A stretch of DNA of 64,000 nt from Saprolegnia diclina VS20 (lineage: Eukaryota): positions 337,955 through 401,954 of the forward strand of contig NW_008246069.1 in NCBI RefSeq assembly GCF_000281045.1. The letters are read 5' to 3'. The translations under genes and the position numbers were made by a program. Shown piece after piece: positions 1-10,097 of this stretch (the stretch's first letter is position 1; the number at the start of each line of letters is the position of its first letter). A model generated the notes under the pieces. The model was not told the DNA's origin. It was given only the letters and a program-made list of their open reading frames with translations, and did not search any database.

Positions 1-143
1 TGCAGGCGCTTCAGGACAAGGGTCAGCTCGACGCACTACTGTCGGCCGCCAAGTGCGTTGGTCGGCCGACTCTGCCCCCGAAGCCAACGACCAAGGTCCC
101 TCGCGCCCCGACTCCGACGGATGACGGCGAAGAAGATGATTAA
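1..143 (+). CDS. 3' end of a gene truncated by the window edge (..QALQDKGQLDALLSAAK..DDGEEDD*); possibly a glutaredoxin-like C-terminus
   Basis: Open frame from nt 3 to TAA at 141-143 with host-like codon usage. LQDKGQLDALL resembles the LxxxGxLxxLL helix at glutaredoxin C-termini. Confidence 0.5.
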   Translation, partial: QALQDKGQLDALLSAAKCVGRPTLPPKPTTKVPRAPTPTDDGEEDD

Positions 144-905
144 GGAGTGCAGTTGTTAGAACACGAGTTTCTTATCTTTCTATGGTTTAAACAAAGTTTT
201 CTTATCGTCGTGGTAGTGCGAGACGCGAACTCCAATGTTCGCTCGTCATCTCGTAGCGTTTCGAGTGGATGGCTTGCCTGTATCTCGCCAAGCGAGAAAG
301 AGGTACCGTAGTTAGTCTGCGTAAGCGAAGCCTTTGGGACAGCGACTAGAAATTGAGGAGCCTCCTTAAAACATCTGTTTGTGCTTTTAATTGATAAAAG
401 CCTGCGAATATAAATGGATGATACCAGCAATGTGCACAAATTAATATCTTCAATTGCTTGCAGATGCGACTGCGAAGTGTTTTATCACGTTTTGGTTAAT
501 GACACGCGTGGGATCTTGTCGTGCTCTCATGTCCATGTAGCGAGCCTCGGCACCATAGACCCTTAACAGAGTGTTGCGGTGAAACCCTAGACCTAGTGAG
601 CCCTAACCCTCGCGATCCAGGTCCATGCGTGACAAGAAAAGTTGACTAGATTGCGTAGCACATCCATCTTTCACGATTCGACACACCTGCCTTGCAGAGA
701 CTAGCCCCAGATCGCTTCGTTATACAACGTCACAGTAAATACAGAAGACTAGTATGCGATTTATTCGGGGATCGTGCAGAGTGCATTTTGTAGCGCCGAG
801 ACCATCCTGTGTCTTTGACAAGAGAGAGGTCCCTGCAACAACAAACAATAATAATCCCGTGCTCACCATCGTCAAATTATAGTTTGGAGAGACAGAACCC
901 TAAAC

Positions 906-3900
906 TTACGATAGAATGAGTCGGAATTTGACGGCGCGGTCGGGATGCGAGATGTAGTCGATGAGCGTATGAATAAAGTTGCTCGTCTTGCGCTGCCACT
1001 TGAGGAACGGGTTGGTGTCCTTCATCTGCGCGATCGCAATGATGGCCGTGACAAACTCTTGGTAGATGAACTGGCCTTCGTTCAAGTCGTCTTGGCACGC
1101 GGTAAAGACGACGAGGTTCATACTCGATGGGAAAAAGACGGCGTCGTTCAGGCCAAAGTCGACAATAAATCGCTCGAATTCGCCAAAATTCATCTTCCAC
1201 GCTTCCATGTCGGCCACGTCCTGGCGGCAATAGTACAAATAGAGCCGTCGGAGCAAGTTGCGGTGTTGATTCAAGAGGCGCTGTAGCTCAGGCGCCGCGA
1301 CTTGCCGTCGAAACGTGATTGAGAGGTTTTGGCAAATGTTGGGCAAGACGTACCGCGTGCAGAGGTCTTCGAGCAAGATCGCGATGCGCTCAGGCTGCAG
1401 CATTAGCTGCAGCTTGGGCTGTTTACGATCCATGAACGGCCGCTCGACTGCGTGCTTTTCGGTTGCGAGACGAATCAGGAGCTCGATGAAGCTCGTTGCG
1501 AGGAGCCGATCGGTCTCTTGCTGTCGACTCACGACTGCCGAGAAAACCAAAGTCATGTGCACCGTCGTAAAGTGACTCGAGCTGAGCCCGAGGTCGTGCA
1601 TGAGCTCGCCAAAGCCGTCGAGAGTGATGCCGCTGAGGCTGTTGCACACGAGCGAGTACGACCGATATACGTCGTTGAGCTGCCACGCGTAGCGCTGGAG
1701 GACGCTGTCGATCGCGACGCACTCGTTGGTCTGGATGCAGTGGTCGGGGAAGAGGTCCCGAATGCGCGCCGGATCAATGTGCGAGAAATTCGTCATGAAA
1801 TCTGACGACGGCGCTGTGTACAGCGCTGCGTTAAATACCTGGCAGCCCGTGACCGCATCGGGGATCGCCATAATCCCTTTCGCAATCAAAATGAGCTCGT
1901 CCGACCGCGCGAGCTCGGCGATGTAAAAGTGGTCGCCGCCAGCACCGCTGCCCGGCTCGACGTGGCGCGACCGAAAGCCGCGGGCAGCACCGACGCGCCA
2001 GCACACGTGCACGAGGTGCCGAAGCAGACTGAGCGCTAGGAGCGGGTCCATCTCGGCGTGGTCGTTGGCGCTCAGCGCTTTGACGAGCCGCTGCTTGATT
2101 TGCATGACGTGCGTGGCGACAAATGGGTTCGAGTCGCCTTCGCACGCGACGTAAATGCTCGCGACATGCGTATCCCAGGCGTACTGCAGCGCGGCGTGGG
2201 CCGACGCCTTTTCTTCAGTCGAAATTGAAATGTCGGTAAACGGCGTGGGCAGTGAGACAAAGTCGGGGCGGAACCACCCGAGGGACGTGGCCGTGTACAC
2301 AAAGGCGTCGTACGTGATGCCGTGCGAGTAAAAGCGCCGCGTCAAGAGAACCTTGAGCGTCATTTCCGTCATTTGCCCAAACGACAAATGCGCGTCGAGG
2401 CGAGCGAGCACGACGGCAAACTGGACCGTGGTCAAGACCGCGGTCTTGCGAGAGTCAGAGGTCGACCCCTTACGGCGCTTGGGGACCTTGCGTGTTTTCT
2501 TTTGGGGCTTTGAGAGCTCGCTGGCCCGGCGGCGCGCTTTCGTGGCTTCGGTTTGACGCAACTCGACGGCTTCGAGCGCCTTTTGGCGCGCTTCCAACGC
2601 AATCGCTTCGTCATGCACTTGGTTGAAGAGGAGACGGACCGACTCGAAGAACCAGTCTTTCTGCTTCTTGTACATGAGGACAAATGCATACAAGAAGACG
2701 TCGAGTGGGTAGCATTCGTCGCCGTGGAAATGCACGCCAAACACATCGAGAAGGTCGTGGAATTCGCTGAGGTAAATCGGCCCCCGCGCCGTCGTCTGGT
2801 CGAAGAGTCGTTGGCAGTCGTACATGGCGTCGAGCGACGGGTGGCGTTGGAGCAACGACGTCGTTCGCGACTCCTCGTTGGCAAACCCACACGTCCGGAA
2901 CCGCAGCGTCCGGAAGAGCGTCCGCGTGAGGAGCGTCGCTTTGCATTTGGAAATGTAGTGGGGATGGACTTCAGGTCGCGAATCGAGCTCGGCACCAATC
3001 GAAATCTGGTCCATCGACTGGACGAGCCAGACGTAAAAGTCGAGCACTTCGTTGGAATAGACGCCGTCGATAAACTCGGCAAAGATGCGGATGTCCCCAT
3101 ACATGGGCCGGAGGCGGGAAATCAAATCCAAAAACGCAATCGCTTCCTATTCCGCCACGTCATCCTCTAGAAATAGATTGATACATTGATACATTGATTG
3201 ATACCTTTTGGGCGATCGCAGGATCTGGAAACTTTTGCAAAGTGGAACCCGACGACAATCTCGACGAGCGTCTCGCGCGGTTCGTGTGCGATCGATGCGC
3301 ACTCGTCCAGAAGCCGCTTGCGCTCAAAAATCTCCGAAATCGTCTGGCGGACAAAGGCGAGGTCGGACGGCGCAGCGCTTTGCATGAGCGCGTGGACCGC
3401 ACTCGCCTCGACGTGGGCGTGCAACTTGAGCTTGGAGACGGCGGACGCGACGTTGGCAAGGACCTCGGCGTTGGGCGTCTGCCGCAGTGCTGCTGGCGGT
3501 TGTGGTGGCGTCGGTAGCGAGTAGTTGAGCATACTTAAAAGCCGCTTGGCCGGGTCCTTGGACATGAGCGTCTCGAACGAAATATCTGGCAAATCGGCTT
3601 CGTCAACCTCGTCGCTGTCATACTCAAGTACGTTGGCAGTCAGATTAGCAATCTCTTGGGGCGTCGGGAGCACACCGAGGTCAGTGGCCCGTCGAATACG
3701 CGTCACGACCGACGCCCGCGTCACCTTGACGCGCGCTGCGTCGATCTGCCGCATGCGCATCTGCACCATGTCAAACTCGAGCTCTTTGACTCGCCGCCGC
3801 TCACAGAGAAGCTCTGCTTGGAGCTGTTGGAGCTCCGTGTCGAGCAAGAGTGGCTGTGAAAGTTCGTCGACATCGTGCGTGAGAATCGACACCTTGCGCT

Positions 3901-4918
3901 GCGCCTAGTCCCCACTTAGCGCTCGAAATATAGATTCATGCAGTACTTGCTCCAAGTCGAGCAGCGCTGTCTCGTGCTGGGTGAGCAGCGTCTTGTGCGA
4001 TGTTTCGAGCCGGGCGTGCGCTGTTTCAAGCGTGAGATGCGCCTTCAGCAGATCGTGGTGCGCTTCTTCGAGCTTCGAGTCGATGGTTGTGGCGAGCGCC
4101 GGCGTCCGGGCCCGTGCCCTCGCTTGGTTGACGACGGCCAGCAGTTGCATTTCGGCGAGTTTGTGCTTGTGGCGGTCGTCGGTCGACGCCACGTTGGCTT
4201 GCAGCTGCGCATTCATCTTGGTTGCGGTCTCAAGCGAGTCCTCGAGGCTGTTGACCACTTGCTCGAGCTCGTGGATCTCGTTTAAAAAGTACGTGCGCAC
4301 AAAGGCGTCGATAGCACCAAGGCGGTAGGCCATGTCCCGCAGGTGCGCACCTCCTGCCGTCGTTGAGGCTGCTGCGAGGTCGTCGATGCCGCTCACGAAA
4401 AGCGCCACGGCTTGCACCGATACCTCGCGCGCCAGCATCGAGTTGTTGAGCGTATCTTGGTCATCCAGCATGCTCGAGATGATGGTTTCGAGCAGGTCGT
4501 TCAAGGTCGCGAGCACAGCATGGACGTCGCTCGAAGCAGAAGAATCCTCAAATGGCCGAAGCAGCGTTTGGAATTCCGGGAGTGCACTTCGGTCGAATGG
4601 CACCAGCCGCAGCTTGGGGTCGATCTTGAGAACGCCCGAAACGCGGTGCATCTCGTGGAAGCCCGGGCGCGTGATTTTGGCCTTGAGCGACGAGAGTCGA
4701 CGCCGGCGCAGCATCTTGTTGGTCGCATCCATGGTTGCGGGCACGTCTTCGCTGATCGGCAGCGACAACTCGTCGTCTGCAAGATTCAAGTGGCGCGACA
4801 TGCGCATAGAGCTGCAGCTGCCATCCGCCGACGATGCGAGGCTCGCGCGGCGCGGCAAGGGCGCGTGGTGGTCCTCTCGGATGATCGCTGCAAGCGCCGC
4901 CTGGGCGTCCGGGTCCAT
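906..4918 (-). CDS. Large hypothetical protein (coiled-coil N-terminal part, several EF-hand-like helical segments in the C-terminal half); at least 3 exons
   Basis: ORFs 3905-4918, 3167-3892 and 906-3131 join through a GT-AG intron at 3905-3946 and a second intron ending at AG 3147. EF-hand-like segments include GITLDGFGELMHDL, KMNFGEFERFIVDF and QFIYQEFVTAI. Confidence 0.75.
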
Positions 4919-5255
4919 TCTTGCTCAGCCAAAAGATATCGTAACCAACGGAATAGATCAACAAAAATATTTTCTCGAGGGAAACCGCCGTCCGTTTAAC
5001 CGAGAAACACCAGCACGAACTACATGAAACTTGCGCACAAAACCACTCCAAGCGCTCACTCCAAGCAATGGAGGCGGGTACATTTTATCCAGGGACATCG
5101 ATTGCACTGTTACATATGAACGTGTTTCGCGTTATCTTCATAATTACACAAAGACTTCGCATACGTAGAGACTAGCAATCTCCTTCTTCTTCATTCGCTC
5201 GCCGGTCCGTGGCTGCGCAGGCAGCGACGCGGGGGCTCGTCTGGCTCTTCTGTCG

Positions 5256-5420
5256 TCACCCTACGAGGCTTGTGGCCGCGGGTGAGGCACTGACGACACG
5301 GTCGGTCAAATCTTTCCAGGCGTCGCGGTCGACAACAAAGGTACGCAGTTTGTCAAGGTCGTCGGGAATTGAACTTGAGTGTAACTTATTTCCCTTGATA
5401 CACTTTCTCCAAGGAGCTGC
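5256..5420 (-). mobile_element. Possible degenerate 3' fragment of a non-LTR (RTE/LINE-like) retrotransposon ORF
   Basis: Translation PWRKCIKG..LDKLRTFVVDRDAWKDL resembles the WxxxIxxD..DRxxW C-terminal signature of RTE-type ORF2. No RT core is visible. Confidence 0.3.
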
Positions 5421-6183
5421 GAGCGACGACGCACATCTTGCCTGAATCAAAAATATTGAGAAAAATCCATGGTGGAAAACATGTATTTCGTGTTGAATGG
5501 GGTTAGTTGGCGATTCAGTGGCGCAATATCCCCAACACGTCTACGAGTATTCGCTCATTGTACGCTTCTGACGCACAATATCAACGATATGCCAACGATA
5601 CATGTACATAAAGCCCGGAGCCGCTGGCCCCATGTCCAGTACCAAAGTTGGCCCCTACCTTGTGCACCTTATGCATCTGCAGGTTGAAATCTCCTTTGCG
5701 CTCATCGCTGACGTATTCCACCGCATTTGAATCCCCGGTTTCATCCCTCTCGCGCCTCGCTGGCTTCGTGTAGGGTAGGATACCGCGTTCGCACCAAGCA
5801 CGCTTAACGGGCGTCCAGCTTGAGCCCTCGATGCAGGTTGGGGCAGCGAAGCACAAAGCAGAGGAACGAAGCTAAGAAGAGGAAGAGGAAGAAGAGGAGG
5901 CAAACGGGCAAGCGGGAAGCTCGCCAGAACGGAACCAAAACAGAAGAGAGGTCCACGACCAATGGCCCGGAATGTATTCAGGACATTATGGGACATACAA
6001 ACTACGAGAGAGGTGGGCAAAACCTCCAAGTGGAGGGACAAACCCTAGCCTCAGGCGGGAAAACAGCCAATGAAAGAGGCTGGACAAAACCACCTACCGG
6101 TAAGCGGAAAAGCAACGAAGGTGTGTCATCTTCGTGTCGGCTGACGAGCCTCAGGAGGTGCTCTCCTGGCATGTCTCTTAAGC

Positions 6184-6253
6184 TTTCTATACTCTACGTC
6201 TCTAATTTCTGATGTTTTTTAAGATTTCTATACTCTGCGTCTCTAATTTCTGA
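6184..6253 (+). repeat. 29-bp direct repeat (TTTCTATACTCT[A/G]CGTCTCTAATTTCTGA x2)
   Basis: Copies at 6184-6212 and 6225-6253 with one mismatch. Confidence 0.9.
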
Positions 6254-6472
6254 GTCAGAGATGGCACCCGACACAAGGTTTCATAGTAACGGTAGCGTAA
6301 GCTCGAGGACGTGTCACGACCGCAATCAAAGTAACACGATCACAATCACACAACCCCACTGCAACGAAATACGATTCACTCGCAACTTCAAGGTAACGTG
6401 GGTGTCAACCGCCAGGGGATTGAACGCCCCAAATGTGCCCTGCGACTCATTTCTCATTTCGCCCAGTCCTCG

Positions 6473-8696
6473 ATGCAGCCCACGACTTACCTCCTCCCGA
6501 CGACGGCGACCGCTGGCTATGCGATTCCGGACAAGAAGCCGCGCCGCCACATGAAGACGGCCGCCATGGCCGCCGCGGGGCTCTGCCTCGGCGCTGTCCT
6601 CCTCTCTGGTGCTGCGCACGTCGCCCCGAAGGTGCTGAACCTCGTCTCGTCGCATCCGGCACCCCAAGTCAACGTATGCGAGACGTCACACATCTTGACG
6701 TACGACCAGCTCCACTCGTGCGTGAAGAGCCTTCCGTACAACGCCACCGAGAAGGCCGAGCTCGTCGAATTCTACCGCCGCGCGGTACTCGTCTCTCTAT
6801 CTTGTGGCAGCGTCTTACTTTCTACATACGTAGCTACCGCTCTATGTCTTTGAGAGCATTTCCAAGGAGGCGCAGGCCTTTGGCCCGTACGAGACGCCGG
6901 CCGTCGACCTGCAAAGCGAGCTCAATGCGATCGAGGTGACCGACTACGACAACGACGCCGACATGCAGACTGCGTTCTTCTCGCTCATCAACAAGCTCAA
7001 CGACGCCCACACAACGCACGCCAAGCCGTACCCGTACTACAGCTATTATGCGCTGCAGCCCATCTCGCTTCTGAGCATGGAACGCCACAACCGTCAAGTC
7101 ATTCAGCTCCGCACCGTCGATAGCGCCGAGGCCGAGACGTACCGCACGCTCTACCCGTCGACGCCGGTGGACTTTGACGTAGCGGGCTGGGACGTGCTGT
7201 CCATCGACGGTGTCCCCGCCATCGACGCCCTCAGCAGCTTTGCGGACGGCGTTGGGTTTCTCAAGGATGCCGGTGGCCGCTTCAACTTGGCGGTTTCAGG
7301 CTACAAAACCGGTGCGCGGATTCATGTTCTCTTGTTGCCACGTCATTATGCTGATGTTTGTATATAGGGCGTGGTTGGTTTGTGTTCCGCTCCATGGGCA
7401 CGTTTGACGTGCCCACGCAGCGTCGTGTGACGTACGAGCTGCAGCACCCGACGACGCGTGCGACCAAGACCGTTTCGTACGACTGGTTGGCGCTCAACAT
7501 GGTCACAAAGGGCGACGACCAATCCAAGCACAACAAGCAGTACGACACGCTCTTTGAGAAGCTCAAGGACCACTTCATTTCGCACGAGCTGTTTGAGACG
7601 CCGCCCGCCGTCGAGTACATTGCGTCGGTCGGTGAGAACGCGGCCGTGCTCAAGCTCAACGCATTCAGTGGCAGTGACGACGATGCGACGTTCGAAGACG
7701 TCTTTGCGGCCAACGTCACGTCGGCCTTGGCCCAGTTTACGGCCAGCAAGAAGGAAAAGCTGATTGTGGACGTCACGGGCAACGGCGGCGGCAGCATCTG
7801 TCTCGGGTACGCGACGCTGCGGTACCTCTTTCCCAACTTGGACTTCAATGGGCCGCACGAAGCCAAGGGCCCGCATCAGGACGGCGTCTACCGCGCGCGC
7901 CGCACCGAGTTGTCCGAGACGATCGCCACGATCCTCGCCACGATGCAGGTCGAGGACCCGACGAGCACGGCCTTTTTGGCGCCGACGCAGTTTTACAGTC
8001 CCTCGAGTCAGCGCCAATTCCGCGATGCGACGTGGATGACGAACGGGGTAAGACGTCCGACCTTGCTTGGTGCGACATGACTCATGTTACAACAGGAGTC
8101 GACTGTACTCGGTGAAATGAGCCAGGGTGTCTACCGCGGGTGCGCCGATACGTACGTCAAGTACTCCGCGCCCGGCGTCTCGTTTTCGATTGCGCCCGAG
8201 AACCTCGTCGTCGTCTCGCAAGGCTTTTGCGGCTCGACGTGCGCAGTCTTTACGAGCTACATCCAAGCATACAACCTCGGGCAAACCGTCGCGCTTGGCG
8301 GCTACCTGCACACGCCGCAGCAACCGTTTGGCTTTCCTGGTGGCCAAGTGGGCCGAGTGGTATGCTCTCAACATCTCATTGTGTCTTCAATCTCACTCAT
8401 GTGGGATGGATGTGTAGTCGGCCTTTACGGAACTCGGCAATGCCATTAGCGGCGCGACGGAGCTTGGCATCGACTTGAGCGCTGTCGTGCCGCAACCGCC
8501 GACGTCCGGCCGGTTCAACGACTTTGGCTACACGTTCTTGTCCATCTCGCCGTGGAAATCCGACAGCATCGACACGTTGCCGCTCGAGTACACGTTTGTG
8601 CCCGCGACCCACTCAATCATGTACCCGAGCGACCCGCTCGACAATGACGCGACCTACGCCAAGGTCCTCCAAGTCGCATCGTCGGCCCAGCCATAA
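6473..8696 (+). CDS. Peptidase S41 (tail-specific protease, fungal-type) family protein with an N-terminal hydrophobic anchor; about 5 exons
   Basis: Motifs INKLNDAHT, DVLSIDGVPA, LIVDVTGNGGGSIC, GFCGSTCAVF and FPGGQ. ORFs 6398-6853, 6936-7367, 7358-8080, 8084-8449 and 8475-8696 link through short GT-AG introns. Confidence 0.8.
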
Positions 8697-9196
8697 TCTC
8701 GATAACCGCAAACAGACGGCTACAGTGATGCTGTGATCATATGAACTAGATTCCCCGTCTCGTTTAGCATAGCTGCATGCACACGCAGTCACATAGGTGA
8801 CATAAGCGTTATAAAGAGGCGTGACTTTGACGAAAGTATGTACAATGTTGGAGAAGGCTACAGATCGCGGGCGATGGTGTAGATCATAGTGCCAGCGTTA
8901 TAGACTGCATCGTAGCGATGCAGGAGCCACCCCGCGGCGCAAACGCCGCATGTAGCGAATAAATCATAGCGCGAGCTATGACTCGGCGAGTGGGGTCCAC
9001 CACGGGATGGATCTCTCCGTACGCAGCTCACTCCCAACGACCAAGTGCTGGAGCCAACTCCCACGCATTCAGGCGTAGCGCTACGTATGCGAAGTCTTTG
9101 TGTCATAATGAAGATAACGCGGAACACGTTCATATATATATATAAATTTGAATAATTATGCAACATTTTATCTATCAGTTAGGAGGCAGTTGTCGT

Positions 9197-9382
9197 ATTG
9201 CGTGAAGGCTACGAGTCTGGTCTAGTCAATAAAACCTCGATGATAAATCCAAACGAAAACATAAGATTGTGCGAATTGGAGTTCTGGTGTTGGGCTCAAG
9301 CGAGGAACGTTGCTGCTTGTGAAGTTGAATTGTTTCATTAATTTAAATAGATGGACATTGCGTAAAGGCTACGAGTCTGGTC
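9197..9382 (+). repeat. 26-bp direct repeat (ATTGCGT[G/A]AAGGCTACGAGTCTGGTC) 160 bp apart
   Basis: Copies at 9197-9222 and 9357-9382 with one mismatch. Confidence 0.9.
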
Positions 9383-9584
9383 GAATCCACCAGTGCTATA
9401 CTATCGCGTTGGGGTTGCGACCCCTAAAATGTCAAAACCACGAAATGACCTTGGCAAGGCGATGCTTAGTACTGTGGTCTTAAAATAAATACTCATATAT
9501 CCACTGTTGCGATGCCAGGCTTTGGTTACCGGGGACCGTCGGAAGCGCAAACGCTGGCTGGAAACTTGCAAGTGCTGTTGTGAG

Positions 9585-9727
9585 CTTGGCTGACATCCTT
9601 CCCAGCGGCTCAGATACCCACCGGTGTAAGCGTTCTGGAGTGTGATCTTCTTGCCGCCAACCTCGCGACACGTCCACTCGGTCACGTTGGACTGGTCGGA
9701 AAGGACTTGCGCAAAGAACACGAACAT
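9585..9727 (-). pseudogene. Fascin-like beta-trefoil gene fragment
   Basis: EWTCREVGGKKITLQNAYTGGYLSRWEGCQP resembles the fascin-like repeat GKIALKADxGxYLSRCxGC. The flanking sequence loses coding character. Confidence 0.4.
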
Positions 9728-10097
9728 TGTACGGATCGTATTACTGATCGCTACTGATAGCTAATCGAAGGGAATGATATTGTCCATTTATTGTCAATTT
9801 ACAATACATGGACTTTTTGCAGCCCAGCAAAAGGAAAGCACTACTTTACATGCCGATTGTTGCATGCGACTTGCTCCGTCGAGAAAACGTGCGACAGGGA
9901 AGGGGCTGTGAGTCATCTTCACTCGGTTGTCCTAAGGAGGCGGTGCCAACACAGAACCCGAAGCATGGGTAGGTTTACCCCTGACCCGAAGCCACTCCAG
10001 TAAGCTCGAACAAATACCACGAGGCAAAAGCTCTGGAGATCGATATTGGGCGCCAAGTTTAGATCTTGTCTTTGAAAACGGTCCTTTCCATCTTGAG

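Noticed and set aside
582..610. Telomere-like AAACCCTAG / CCCTAACCCT words
   Set aside because: Only isolated units, with no tandem array.
8865..8933. tRNA-like 5' end (GGGCGATGGTGTAG)
   Set aside because: No T-loop GTTCRA and no anticodon arm; kept only as part of the structured-region finding.
9895..9995. GGGAAGGGGCTGTGAG..ACAGAACCCG resembling RNase P conserved regions
   Set aside because: Spacing is too short and the P4 pairing cannot be completed.
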